Below are positions 11,555 through 24,196 of a stretch of DNA of 64,000 nucleotides, piece after piece. The position numbers and the translations under genes are program-made. Under the pieces are notes generated by a model. It searched no databases. It worked only from the letters and a program-made list of their open reading frames with translations, and was not told where the DNA came from. This DNA comes from Lepidodermella squamata. Taxonomy: Eukaryota; Animalia; Gastrotricha. How positions within the stretch are numbered: position 1 is the stretch's first letter; every line of letters begins with the position of its first letter. The stretch covers positions 2,852,001-2,916,000 of the forward strand of contig JBLDXI010000004.1 of assembly GCA_047495785.1 (NCBI GenBank), read 5' to 3'.

Positions 11555-12689
11555 TTCCTGACTTAACGACAATCAATTTATTATTCAATTTTGAATTTAT
11601 TATTAAAAATAATATTATTGAATCACCTTCATCCTTTGATTTTCTAACAAAAGTGCCAATTGAAATTGAAATTGAAATTGATTGATTGCACATGACTCCA
11701 AATTGGCCGAATTTAGCCTTGAATTTGTTATAGAAAAATCCCTCTCGATGAGACCAGTGTAGAAATATTCGTTACGCAGTATCAGCCCCCGATGAATCGC
11801 TACGACGATTTTTCGGCGACGATAGTTCCTTTTCAAGCCATTTTTTTACGATTTTCCGAAAAATACGGAAAATTCGCCTCACCTTTCACTTTCTTATGAT
11901 TATTTTAATTAAAAATAATCGCAAATCATGACGAATAGAATGAATAGAATGAAAGTTAAATCTACTACAGCAGCATCTAGCTAGCAAATAACAGGCGGTC
12001 CCGTCGAGGTATTACTTGGCGGATTATGAAACTGCGCCGGTCATTTAATTTGCTTTTTGAAAAGTGTCATATAGCCGGCGGACATTTTCATGAGGAAAAT
12101 AGTCTGTACAACGATTCACTTGCAATGATAGAATAAAAATGGCCGAAGCGGTGGAAACAGCACGTTTCGATTTGGCTCACCGGGTTTCAAGTTTCTAGCT
12201 ATACATCGGAAGAATAGTCTAGAGTCGCGTCGCTTTCTTCAGTTTTCGGGCAAATGAATGAAGGCAAATAGTCGGCATTCGAAATTCCTGAAATATGGGA
12301 ACTTTGAGAAGGCGTTGACGTTGCGGAAACAACTGAGAGGTTGTCCAGCATTCTGCTCAACACATTGCCAACAGCAGAGCCCAAGCACGACGAGCAACTC
12401 GCGCTAACATCCGAATGAGAATTGCTCGACATTATTAAGGTATACAATATAAAGTCCTTAAGATATAAACAATAATCAAGTTCAATGTTCATCATTGCCA
12501 GTTCTCATCAGCTATTTTTTCATACTAGTTCTTCTCTTGGGTGCCTCATTTTGTTTTACAAAATAATTCTTTTTCTTCAATTTCTTTCTCAGTAAGAGCT
12601 ACGCTGCCTGTTTTTTGCAATACAATTGTAAATGTTTTTTCAAACCGGATGAATCGAAAAATGTTTTATCGCACAAACGGCATTTTCAG

Positions 12690-13897
12690 CGAAAACCGAT
12701 TCGATGAGGTTTCTTCCCAACAAATTTACCCATAACTCGTCGTTGACCTTTGATTCTCAAGCTTTTAGACGTTTTTTTCTTTGATTTTTCCAACTCAAGC
12801 CATTCGCTTCGCGTTAGGCGCATCTCAGCAGTAGTTTCATCAAGCTCCATGGCGGCCATCTCGATATTATAAAACCTGTAAGAAATTGGTTATATAAGAG
12901 AAGATTTCAAATTTCAAGTAATTTCCACCTCATTTCATTTCAAAACCTCGCAGACCGCAGCTCGCAACCCGGTCTCCAGCAAGACTAGGACTGCCTTACC
13001 CTGTATTGGTTCATTTTGCTCATCACATTAGTGACGGTACGTCCTCCAAAGGACTCTTCGAAGGAAGTACCCATCTCCTCAAGTATCAAGTGGAAGTGCT
13101 CAGTTGTTGACCTGACGTAGCCTGGCTCCCCACGGTCCCGGCGCTCATCCATTGTCCTAGCAACCGCCGTTAGGAGCGGGACTTCCTTGAGTTTGTCGTA
13201 AAGTGACCCAGTCCGATCAACAACTGTCTGCGGTGCCGCTCTGGAGCCACTGGTACCAGTCGCGATGGGAAGGCGAGACTGTGACGCCACCTAAATTCAG
13301 AGGTGGCGCATTGAAAGGCGTCTGGGCTGGCGACTGCTTAGGTTCGGTTTGTAATTCTTATGCAAAATTAGAGAAATTTATTAGGAATATGCATAAATAA
13401 TTTGAACCCTAGCGCTGCGAAAAAACTGCGATAAATTTGCGATTTTTTCCAGCAAACATGTAACCTAAAAGTAATAGGAAAATCTGTCCTGAAAACGATT
13501 TCCTTTCGAGCATAAAATTTAAAAATAAGAGGAAACTCCATTCCATGAAAAATATTCCTAAATACCTGAAATCATTCTCGTCAAATCCTCGACCTTTTGG
13601 GACAAGGAAGGTTTTAATTCCATTAGGTCCTCGAGATAGCGTCCAAAAAAGACCGATACATGAAGACGCTCTGGATTCAACTGGAACGCGAGCAGGAGGT
13701 CATCATCGTCATCAATGATGACGAAATGTTCGCCGTCATGCCAAAAAAGGCCGTAGTCGTCGGCCTTGAAGAGGTTCCGAAAAACTGAGTAGATCTTAGT
13801 TTTTAAAAAAAGCAAAGGGCTCTCCGTGGAGCTATTCATTTTAATACAGCGCGCCCAATTTGACTCGCCGAGGTAATTTTTATTGTTGAGTCAGCCA
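12690..13897 (-). pseudogene. Decayed multi-exon gene with an N-terminal PB1-like domain, probably transposon-associated
   Basis: LFWHDGEHFVIIDDDDDLLLAF resembles the PB1 OPCA acidic hairpin. The upstream MADSTIKIT...GRAVLK is one base out of frame. The downstream exon 13290-12985 ends in an in-frame stop. Confidence 0.45.
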
Positions 13898-13979
13898 TTT
13901 CAGAAAATCACCTAAAATTCCGAGAAATTCGAAAAATGTGAACAATCGTTTGCAATGGCTCGAAATGGTAATATCGACT

Positions 13980-14178
13980 ACGGGCTGTGAAAAAATAGGC
14001 TTGGTTAAATTATCGTCGCCATGAAGATAATATGAAGTGTGATTATATATGCTTTATGTTGACCTGAGTTGCTCTTCGTTGCTAAAAATGTGCTTTATTA
14101 CCATCAAAAACGATGGCTTCTTTACCAAATATTAGACGTGACAAGCGACTTCGGTCCTACTTTTTATTCACAGGAGTT
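13980..14178. mobile_element. Possible Tc1/mariner-type MITE
   Basis: ctgtgaaaaaatagg ... cctacttttttattcacag imperfect TIRs. Confidence 0.4.
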
Positions 14179-14461
14179 TAAAAAGGCAACAGCTGACTTA
14201 TAATCGTCATTGCTCAACGACGCCCAATTTTCATTTGACTGAGAAGCTAGAGTTGAGGTTGAAATCATTTGTCAAGTCAATATGTGAGCAACGAACCATA
14301 GACGTCGCGTCTATCGGCGTGTCTCAATCGTCGCGTCGAATAATTAATTACCTGCACATCCGTCCGATTTTCACTCTTTCGCCAAAATCGTCAATATAAT
14401 TGTGAGTGGGTTTGCGGGCCGTAACTTCCATCAACTACGTTATAAAAATGAATCTCCAGTA

Positions 14462-14724
14462 CTCTCGTGTACGGTTTGGACGAACCGTACACAGCCATTA
14501 CGGCTGCCACTCCTGTACTCAGCATGTACGTTGCATTCGACTGTACTTGGGCTTACAGCTCATTGAGCTGTACCCCATGCTACAGGAATGAAACGCTGTG
14601 CATCTAATATACAGTCTGGTCAACTGTACTCATTCTACAGTCGAGCGAGCCGTACTGACATTTACGGCCATCAGTACTGTAGCAATTTGTACAGAATAAA
14701 AATACTGTACTCTTGTGTACACGA
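14462..14724. mobile_element. MITE with CTGTAC/GTACAG repeats
   Basis: ctcgtgtac...gtacacgag inverted termini and many ctgtac motifs. Related repeats occur at 37280-37410. Confidence 0.55.
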
Positions 14725-15752
14725 GTTTTTTTGCCTGAAGTGCTGGTTCTTCCGCGCCACGAACGATTAGACTGTTCAATGACTGGCATTATCATAGGAC
14801 ACTACACTGTCTACAGCAATCTTCCGACATTTTTCGGTACTAGAAACTAGAAAATTACTGTCACTGGAAAGAAATTGCAAAAAGCGAACGCGAATTTGGA
14901 ATAAATTGTGATTTTTCGATTTTTCGCTAAGCTGCTGTTGCTTCGAAGTTCGCGATATTAGTTAATACGCAATTAAAAAATCAGAGATGTAATTCCCTAA
15001 AACGCTAAAAGCCAAAAGTCTTCGATGCTGTTCTAGGGAATTAAGATGTTTCAAAATTGCTAAATACGAAAAACAAAAATCAACAAAATAGAACAGAAAA
15101 TAGGGAAGAGAGGCGATTTGCCTCTGAAAATGCAAACAAATGAGCATCTCGAAGCTGGGTTTCTTCTAAATAGGAATGCATTTCAGGTCTCCTTCTAACT
15201 TCCGGACTGAATCCAGATCATTGATAATTATTGAATTTTGATTTTGATTTCGATCGTTGAAATGGGAATAGAAAAATTGCGAACTGAGCTCGGTCCAGTG
15301 GGAAACGATCGGAACACTGTTGCACTGTGGCATACAAGTCACACAGTCCAACAGCCTCTTGCGTTGCATTTCTGCCAAATAAAGAATTAAGGTGCGTGCC
15401 TCGTGTCGCTCGTCCGCGAAATCGCTGAAAAAATATTCAGGTTCATTTGATATACCTTTGCCATTATTTCTGATACAGTACTCCCTCGTTAAAGGCAACC
15501 TTTTTATATAAGACAGCTTCCTTATCGAGGGCTGTTTACGATCGGAAGAGGATTAGCGCATCAGGTGCAATTTGATTATTAATTAATTCATGGAGGTGAC
15601 GTTGACAATTAACATTTATTTGTTATCAATAGTTGCGCTTTGTTATCGATTTGATTCGCGAGCCATCCTTTCTCATCATAATCTTACACAAATTCATTTA
15701 CAATTTCATCTAATGCCACTCGCAAATCATGCATAGTTTTCGATGGTGGGTA

Positions 15753-18700
15753 TCAATAGAACGTCTCGCATAACGCGGTGCCTACCCAATAGGTACAAGG
15801 AATAAAGTAAAAATTCCAATCCCCTGCGCCGGAACCAGAAAGAACAGCACAACCATCTTGAACTTCCCCAGCCACTAGCGAATTGAACGTAAAATTAGAG
15901 CCATCGTCCCATCTGGCGACGCCGCCTTCCCCCGACAGACCGATCCAGTAATCGCGAATATTTTTCTGAGACGCGATTGCAACTTGTAAAGCCAGAGCCA
16001 GCTCGTCGTCTGACCTGATCGTAGCTATCGCAGCATTGTTGGCGAGGCATTTCGCCACAGCATCTTTTTTCATGGTCGAGCCTTCCAAAAGCTCTGGCAC
16101 AAATTTCTTAGTCGCGTTGTTGCAGCTGTTTTTGTCCGGGAACGTGATATTGGCCGGGATTTGAAGCTGAGTCGCCGCTTCACAGCCTGTCGACTGCGGC
16201 ACGCAATGAACTACCCCGTGACTGCCGTCGACGCAGCGAATAAAAAGAGACTATAATTGACGTAAAATTAACTATTTTCTATACGTATCAGATAATTGCC
16301 AGACCTGAGATTGCAGGCATTCAGCGTAGTTGCTGGCAAAGTCTGATTTTGCCCGGAAAATCGATACCTGGAAAATAGACTGGGCGTTATTCCTTCGTAA
16401 ACACAAGTTCTGCTTACCACTGTCATAGGAGATGGGCACGCGTTTCGACAAACGAGTGAACCAGACGCCGAGCATAGGGCTGCAGGCTGAAATATTTCCG
16501 CAATCTTGTATTATCATTGAGGAAAATATAAAAAAACGAACGCCTGTGACGCATTTGTATCTGTCACTGTATGTTCCGGTGCTGTAGGACTGAAAATGCA
16601 GAATAAGAGTATAAAAAATGGGCACGCAACATTCATAAGCAATAGGTAACCTGAGTCATTGAGGCTGCATCACAGGGCGTTGATTGACAGCCGAAAAATG
16701 ACCGATCGATTTGAAGGAAGCATCGATTGTGGGGCATGAAATCGGAATTATTCCGGATAACTGTGAGCATATTAATTGTGATTTTTTTCCATTAATACAC
16801 CACCCTTAAGAGCTTCAAGCTCGTGCGACAAATGATGTGCAAGCACACATTTTAGTTATTTAAAAAATCGACTGAATTAAACGCACTTTTCTCCGACGCC
16901 AAGCAGAGTTGCATAGTTTTATGACTGCCAACTGAATTCTGTGTTAGTTGAAGAAAAATTCAATTTTTAGTCGATTTGATTCAGTGTACGAAGGACTCGA
17001 GCATGAAGGTATTTATCGACTCGAATTTTCAGACCAGGTTTGTTTCTACGAGGCTTTCTAAGTGGACCCTGAGTGCGAAGGACAGGGAAATCGCGAGTCG
17101 CGACACTCCAGCTTCGAGATGTCATCCACAGTAAGGCTGTAAAAGTGGGACCATTTGATTTCTTCGGCTAAGCCTCAGAAAACATTAATGCTTCAGAGTC
17201 CTATTATGCACACTGGAAACCTTTACGGTACCCCTATCGCTGCTCGTACTTCGTACACTACTCAGAAATTAGAACATACCCCGCCATTCGGACATGGGCC
17301 GTCGATCGGAATACACGTTCGCTGTCCGTTGTCACAAACCTTTGCCGGCATATTCTGATTGAATAAAAAAGCACAATAAGCAGCTCACTTGAAGCAACTG
17401 CGGTTTCATAGTAGGCATATTGGGGTTTGTGCATTGTTCTAAGATTCCTTTAACTACAAAAACTAAACGTGAAGTGCCCTCCCACCAGCTCGGTAGTTAG
17501 CACGTGGTGCCATCGACTCTACTGTAAATAAATTGAAACTGCTAAAAACAGACAATGCTGGAAACTGCTAGAAACAGCAAATAGCTACTCAAAACTAAAC
17601 CAGCAGAAGGTAAGGAAGTGCCCCAGAAGTAGGCTGGACAGGCTCGCCCAAACCCATTAGGACGGCGTGCTCAAGCAGCTCGTGTACCCATTGCCGGCAG
17701 ACATTGTCCAGAGCGGAGCCTCGAAGGTCCCAAAACATGACCTGCTAATAGCCATGGGCGACTCCGACGCTAAAGATCTGCATGGGTAAACAAGGGTTTA
17801 CAGAGCATATCTAACGCAGCACGAGTAGCCCTCAAAGCACAGTATGAAGAACTGGGGAAAAAACGGAGGAGTAAAGGGGACAAGCGAAAATGGGCGGAGG
17901 ACCTCGCGAGAGAGTGGGACACGTAGCAGTAGATAAAAGATACCTCGGACGGCTGAATCAAACAACTGACTGTAACAAAATGCCGCAACGAAGGAGAGAT
18001 TCTCGGTTCTCGGTGAGAAAGGGAGAAAGCTGACGACGGAACGTGACCAAATGGCGACTTGTAAGCGACATTTCGATCGGGTGCTAAACAGCCCGAACGA
18101 GCGGCGAACCCAGCGGCGGTCGATTTGGCGACTGCCACAATCTTCCTACGAAGGCTGAAAGCGGCACCGCACGGAGCTAAGTAAAGAAAGGTAAAGCCTC
18201 GGGTCCTGACGTAATTGTGGCCGAGTTGATGCTGGCCAATGACGACGCTATCGCGTATACACTGGTAGACCTATTTAGCGACATCTTGCCAACGGAGCAT
18301 ATCCCAGACGACTAGGAATGCGTTTAGCATGTCGTATTTTTATTTATATAGGCCCTCCGCCGGCCGGCGCTATAGACTAGGATTACGTTCGATAATAAAA
18401 ATAGAAATGCCGAAAAGGTTGGGTTGGGTAAAGCCTGGCGTGGCAAGCAAGAGTCGGCACCAAAATCTAGATATACAATGGGACGGAAGCATGACGGAGG
18501 CGTACCGCCGATCGATCGACAGCTTTCACACAAATTGCCTAAGGCGCATAGTCGGAATCTTCTGGTCAAACGTCATATCTAGCGTTATGGCCTAACAAAC
18601 AGCGAAGCGATCGGCAGTTGTCGAGGCGACGCCTTCGCTGGTAAGGTCATCTGCTGCGATTGCCCGACAAGAGGATACCTAGAACTGCCCGGTTCTGGAG

Positions 18701-19480
18701 CTTACGTGGCGAACCATCATCGAGCGAGACCTCTCAGAGCTCTCAGAGCAAGATGTCTTGGATCGAGACCTAACAGCGTGCGACAAACAGGAACGAGTAG
18801 GGAGCGACCGTTGCAGGCTAACCTAGACCTACTACTGCTACAATAGACAGCTGAAAAGAAGAGTTTTTCAGAAATTCAGAAATAGAAAAATTGCTACTCA
18901 ACCCGGCCATATTTTGAACTCGATTTTCTCATAATTTGTGGTTTGCATCAGTTTCATAACAAACAAACGAGAAAATTTTTGATCGTCGATCGGCACAGGT
19001 CATATTTCGATCCGAAATTGTCCCCGAGAAATTCAGCTGTCTGTTGTAATAGAAAAGATGATTATTTGGAATTTAATATTATCTCAGAAACAAACCATGA
19101 CTTCATCATTTTTATCACAGCCGAGATTACGAGGGATACATCGCATGTTGACCGTTTTGTAGTTGTAGCAGCTGCGCGCGGCCTAAAGGCAAATTCAACA
19201 TGGGAAATAGGAAATATTTGCAATAATTTAGCTACTTACGCCAGATTTACAACTCGCCAACGAAGTTAACTTGAGCCCGAGCTTCATTAAATTAGGCAAA
19301 AATAATTAAATGAAATCTGACGTTGAATAAATGGCTCACCTGAACTTCATCTAGGAACCAACAGTTCTCTTTACAACCGGTGAAAGCGTCATTTAAACGG
19401 GAGAAACATCGCTTGAATTCTTGTGGATAGGCCAATGCTGTTAGGCTCAAGATAAGAAAAAAGCGAGTAATTTCGGTCAT
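15753..19480 (-). CDS. Gene A: secreted protein with six four-Cys modules and one C-type lectin-like domain (~418 aa)
   Basis: Exons 19480-19340, 19281-19240, 19182-19096, 19040-18969, 17354-17280, 16938-16887, 16760-16651, 16589-16542, 16486-16418, 16367-16305, 16250-15753 splice in frame. Signal peptide MTEITRFFLILSLTALA; CTLD motifs YWIGL, RWDDGS and ALCE. Confidence 0.8.
17480..18870 (+). mobile_element. Degenerate RTE-clade LINE inside an intron of gene A
   Basis: GKASGPDVIVAELM...IPDD* (RT domain 0); C-terminal IDSFHTNCLRRIVGIFWSNVISS and RLRW*GHLLRLPDKRIPR. Confidence 0.85.
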
Positions 19481-20694
19481 GATTTATAAATCCGAATTAT
19501 TAATGAAAAAGAATGAATGAATGAAATGAATGACGCCTGTTTCATTGGAGCACGCGATGTTTTCGTGCTTGAAATAAACAACTGTCGAACTACACGCGCT
19601 GAATCACTATTTCAAAATAACATAATGTGAAGTTGTATTACGCAAGCGCCTAGTTTCGATAAACAAGCAGCGTCATTCATTCATTGTGATCCGATTTTTG
19701 CCGCTTTTCTACTACTACTATTCGAATGGTAAATGATAACTCGATTGTTAAATGTCAGTGGTTCACTCGTTTTTGCATATTTTCACTGTTTTATCGTGGC
19801 TTCGAGAGAACTAAAAAGAATCGGAAACATAAAACATAAGTAAAACGTGATCAATATTCCGTCAAACCGGATAGGATATGCCACAGCTTTATTCAGCCTG
19901 GCGGAATTTAATAGCCGTATTTAATGCATGACTAAAAATATATCGTTAACTTTTGCTCCAGCACATCCGCAACAACAATTTGTCCAGCAGCTGTCCAGCA
20001 ACCAATCTCATTTTTTTCTTCCTCTCTGTACTTGTACTCAATTGTTATTGTTATGCTATCGATCAATTAATAAAATAAAGAAAATGCTCCAAAAATTATG
20101 ATATCAGGTAGAATCAACAATTTCTCTGTACAAAACAACGCTGAGAGACAATTGAAAGTCCATGTAGCAAGGCCGAAAATAATCGGAAAATCAAGATTAA
20201 AAATTTTACCTGACAAATTTCATATCGCCGGATAGAGAAAATTCTCTACATGGATAAACTAATTTGTTCAAATTTTTAAACAAATCTCCGGAAGAGCTAA
20301 CCTCGGCGGCACGCGACCAACAGGTGACGTCTACAAAGTGAATTCTTATTAAATTCATGTTGTTTTGATTTATAATGTTTTTAACATCCGGGTAGGGTCG
20401 CGCGTTTCATTTGAACTCTAAAAATTGAAAAATTGACTGAGTCTGGACGACTGCCTGAAAAATGCCAATGGTGAGTGAATTTTGTAATTTTACGAAAACT
20501 TATCGCCAGCTAATCGCTAGCGGCTAGCGTTTCGTGTAAATGTTCGCCAAATTAAGACTTAAATAAAACACTATCGACTACATTTAACTTGAAGTAACGA
20601 CGATTTTGTGGCTGTTTTAGGTGAATTTGAGGTGAAATAGCATATTCTGTGAAGAAACACATCTGCTGCTTCATCGCTGTCACTCGTGAATTCA

Positions 20695-20787
20695 TAAGCC
20701 CCCCTGTGGTTTTTTCAGCCTTTCTCAGTTAGGAATCCCGGAGCTGGGGTGTCGCGACACCCCAGCACCCCTGTACTTCGCACCCTG
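20695..20787. mobile_element. Right end of a hAT MITE related to 11396-11554
   Basis: Shares ccccctgtggtttttt and terminal gtacttcgcaccctg. Confidence 0.6.
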
Positions 20788-21118
20788 CTTGCAATTATCG
20801 CATACGCGAAAGTAGCAACGTTTAACCACAAAGAAGAGTGAATTAAACACAACAAAATTTGAATATCAATTGAGGCGTCTCACCGATGAGGTCAAGTAGG
20901 TCAAGTGCTAATATCTTTATCCATTAAGGCTTTTTTTATAACAATTCAAGCTACCTTTAATAATAGCAGCAGTCAATAGCGTGAACATGCTCAACATGGA
21001 TAAAGTAACTTGTTAAGAATTTTCAAAAATAGGTGGCAAAAAGTGGTCGCGTGCCGCAATCTTTACATATTGAGCTCGGATAATCAATAAGCTCGGGTCG
21101 CCTTGCATCATGATTCAT

Positions 21119-21686
21119 CACTCTAAGGCGTCTTAGAGGGCTGTGATTCACAGCCTAGGCTGATTAATGACAAAAAACTCGGTCAGCCAGGGACTTTGGC
21201 AAAAAATCAAAAATTTTAAGGCGCCTTGCCAAGACGTCTTCGTCATGGACGCCTTACCCAGGCGTCTTTAAAAGATGACTTACCGGGGCGTCTTCTTAGG
21301 ACGTTTTACGAAGTCGTCTTTTAAAGATGCCTTACCAAGTCGTCTTCTTAGGACGTCTTTTCAGGGACTTGACATTTTGTGCGAGTGCAACTGACCAAAA
21401 AAAATTCAGATCAAGTAACAAAAAATCGCACAATGTTTTCAAGAGCAGTGGTGGCGTAGTGGTTAGAGAGGATGATGGGTTGTCTGAGAGGATGATTGTG
21501 CGTGGGTTCGAACCCAACAGCCTATATAGATTTTTTAATAGATTATTTTTAAAGCTCAATTCTGCCACAAAGACGTCTTAGTAAAGGCGCCTTCAAGGCG
21601 TCTTACGAAAATACAGGGCGCCTTAGGCTAAGGCGCCTTTATGCGGTTTTTTTGCATTACGCTAACCCGTCTTTTCTGTGAGAGTG
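21119..21686. mobile_element. CACTA-type non-autonomous element (CACTCT...AGAGTG) with AAGGCG(T/C)CTT repeats and an internal tRNA-like unit
   Basis: Many gcgtctt/gcgcctt repeats. At 21445-21537: A box TGGCGTAGTGG, B box GGTTCGAACCC, then T6. Confidence 0.7.
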
Positions 21687-22022
21687 CATTTTGAACGAAA
21701 AAAACCGTCAAATGTGTTCTGCCATAATTATTGTCTTTTACGTCATTCGTATTTCGTATTTGAAAACATTTTGTGCAAACAAGCCGCTAATTTTTTCTTA
21801 ATATTTAAGCGGCGTTCATTTGGAATTTCAACAAACACGCCGATGCCAACACGCCTCTGCCATTGTGATATATCATACACTAAGTGCATCGTTATCTTGA
21901 AAAAAATGATCGCTAATAGTTTGAGCAGCTGGCGGAAAATTCCCTGGGAAGGCCTTTAAAAAGCCACACTGAGTTGAAATTTTTATTCTTTCAATTCTTT
22001 CTTTCCAAATTTTCTTTCAAAG

Positions 22023-22356
22023 ATGAACCAGATCCTCTTTTTCACTCTCGTTGTGGTAAGTTTCTCGCTTGGATCATATAGCTCTTTTCCTTTAATACCC
22101 TTTCATGCCTTTCTTGCAGGGTTTTGTCGCCGTGCTGGCTGTATCAGCAGTCGAGGACATCGCCGATACGGCGCGCGAGGTAGAGGAGGTAGCTCGTGGG
22201 GACAGGCAGCACAAGGAAACTGGCCAGCATTCAATCCACAGCGGAAATCATGGCAAAAGTGGCAAACACAGCAGGTTTCACGGCAAGAAAAAGGAAACGC
22301 TCGTTGAAGCTGCTCGACTTTGCCCCCCATATTGTTGCGTTCCCCCAGATTGTTAA
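22023..22356 (+). CDS. Two-exon 89-aa secreted peptide precursor (acidic pro-region, His/Gly/Lys-rich segment, C-terminal LCPPYCCVPPDC)
   Basis: Exons 22023-22055 and 22120-22356 joined by a gtaagt...ttgcag intron. Hydrophobic signal MNQILFFTLVVGFVAVLAVSA; TATA-like tttaaaaag about 65 bp upstream. Confidence 0.85.
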
Positions 22357-22444
22357 GCGTTAAATAAGCATCTGCCATTGTTCTTCAAGTGGAGTTGTGA
22401 GACTTCAAGATGATGTGAGAGAAGAGAGAAGAAAATAATAATAT

Positions 22445-23136
22445 CTCTCCTTTGAGCACTTTTGCTCAATTGCACAACTTGTGCTCAAAATGCTCAATGA
22501 TTGCTCAATGGGTGCTCAATTTGTGCGCAAATTATGCTCAACGTCAGCCGGAACATATCGAAAGTGCTCAACTTGTGCGCAACAGGATAACAGGTTATCA
22601 TTGAGCACTCCAAAGATGACAAAATTGAGTGTGAGGGCAGTGATCACTGGTTCGATTCCCGCCCCTGACTGGTTGTTTTTTTTTAATATTTTTCCCCAAT
22701 TATATTTTTTCATTTGCAAATGGCTCGGTTGCAATTACAAAAAAACTGCCTAAGTTGCAAAATTGTTAACAAATGGAATTATTGATAAGTCGATTTTGAT
22801 AGTATCCATTTATGAGGAGCCAGTGGCGCAATGGATTTGATTGCGGGCTTGAGAGCAAAGATCACTGGTTCAATTCCTGCCCGCGACTGATTTTTTTTAA
22901 TTCATTGACGACTGGTGCTTAATCTGGCGCTGAACGCGATGCTCAAGAGCCGCACAACGAGTGCTCGAAGGCTGCTCAAAGAAGCACAACGTGCCTAAAG
23001 AAATGTCTCATTTTGTGCTCAATGTGCACAACGCTGCTCAACGGAGTGCTCAACAGTGCTTAACGGAATGCTCAAAGATGCTCAACGAAATTGAGCACCG
23101 GGTCAAGGTGGCGCACAACCAATGCTCAAAGGAGAG
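22445..23136. mobile_element. MITE with TIR CTCTCCTTTGAGCA, TGCTCAA repeats and two tRNA-like units
   Basis: Exact 14-bp TIRs with a 2-bp flanking duplication. B boxes GGTTCGATTCC (~22649) and GGTTCAATTCC (~22867) are each followed by a T run. Confidence 0.85.
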
Positions 23137-23749
23137 ATAATATATTTTGATGATGATATTACATTTGCAGTCAACATAATATAACATATTCAAAATATTA
23201 TCCTTGCGGTAAAATTTGCTGTGACTAAGACTAAAGGCTACTCATATACCTATAGATGATGTGATTATCCATATACAATTGAGAAGTCTTTTTTTGATAT
23301 TCTAATGGTTTGTGTTTCTCCATTTAAAAGCAATAAACGCTCATCCTAATAATATTCCTTTCTTTGACATCATCGTCCGTTTGAAAGAGTATGCTATTCG
23401 AATCTCTGGTGAGACACATTAACAATGTTGGACTCACGGGCTTTGGCAGTTGACGGGGAATTTGATACCTGAAAAAATGTAGCTTATCAGCTACATATCA
23501 AGCTATGGCGTCAAGAGCAGGTTAAATTGATGCGGGACTGCGGGATGGTGTGGGTTTGACTGCGTGACAGATGCTGAATAGGTGACGGATGTTAACCGTT
23601 AACTAATGCTCGCTTCGCTCGTGAGTGGTTGATGCCTCATTTAATCTCAGCGAGGAAAGAAGCGCCAGGGACGCCAGGGACGATGAGGGTAGTACCAGGG
23701 ACGCGTACCTGGTAGGTTTGAGGGTACTCTAAATCGTCAGTAAATCAAG

Positions 23750-23880
23750 GGGGCTAAATCATTTGCAAATCAAATCATCTTGAAATTTTGTAAATCAAAT
23801 CTTCAGTGAATCATATCATCAAAAAAATGGCCTAAATCAAATCAAATCACAATCAAATCAGATCAAATCAAATCTCTGAC
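23750..23880. repeat. (AAATC)n subterminal array of a probable hAT-type end
   Basis: Multiple aaatc/caaatc units. Confidence 0.5.
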
Positions 23881-23905
23881 AGCCTTTTTAAAACTGAACT
23901 GGAAA

Positions 23906-24196
23906 TGTTGGGTCCCGAATTCGGCCTGAACGCGTTCGGGTCAGCCCGTACGCGGTCGAGTAACGGCTTTAAACAATAGCACTGGTTCATGTTGTTCTCC
24001 GACGAGCTCGGGCCAACACCATTGCCGGCCGTGTGCAGTGAATAGTGATTCTTTTGAATTTGTTAAATTTATAATAAACGTCGCATACGGGCATGTTATA
24101 AAGCGGCCCCAGAGCGGAGCAGCAAGTCGATGCTACCCGTCTGCGAACGGGCCGGCCGGATCGCGTACGGCCTGAATTCGGACTCGGGCCCCAACA
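23906..24196. mobile_element. GC-rich MITE
   Basis: tgttgggtcccgaattcggcctgaacgcg ... cgcgtacggcctgaattcggactcgggcccaaca imperfect TIRs. Confidence 0.55.

Noticed and set aside
17388-18927. Two additional small exons for gene A (KIEFKIWP / KGILEQCTNP...)
   Set aside because: They need a weak acceptor, have no counterpart in paralogs B, C or E, and the gene splices in frame without them.
21445-21537. Functional tRNA genes (also 10205, 22817, 36543, 48262, 58035)
   Set aside because: A and/or B boxes are present, but acceptor and anticodon stems do not pair into a cloverleaf, and most copies lie within repeats.
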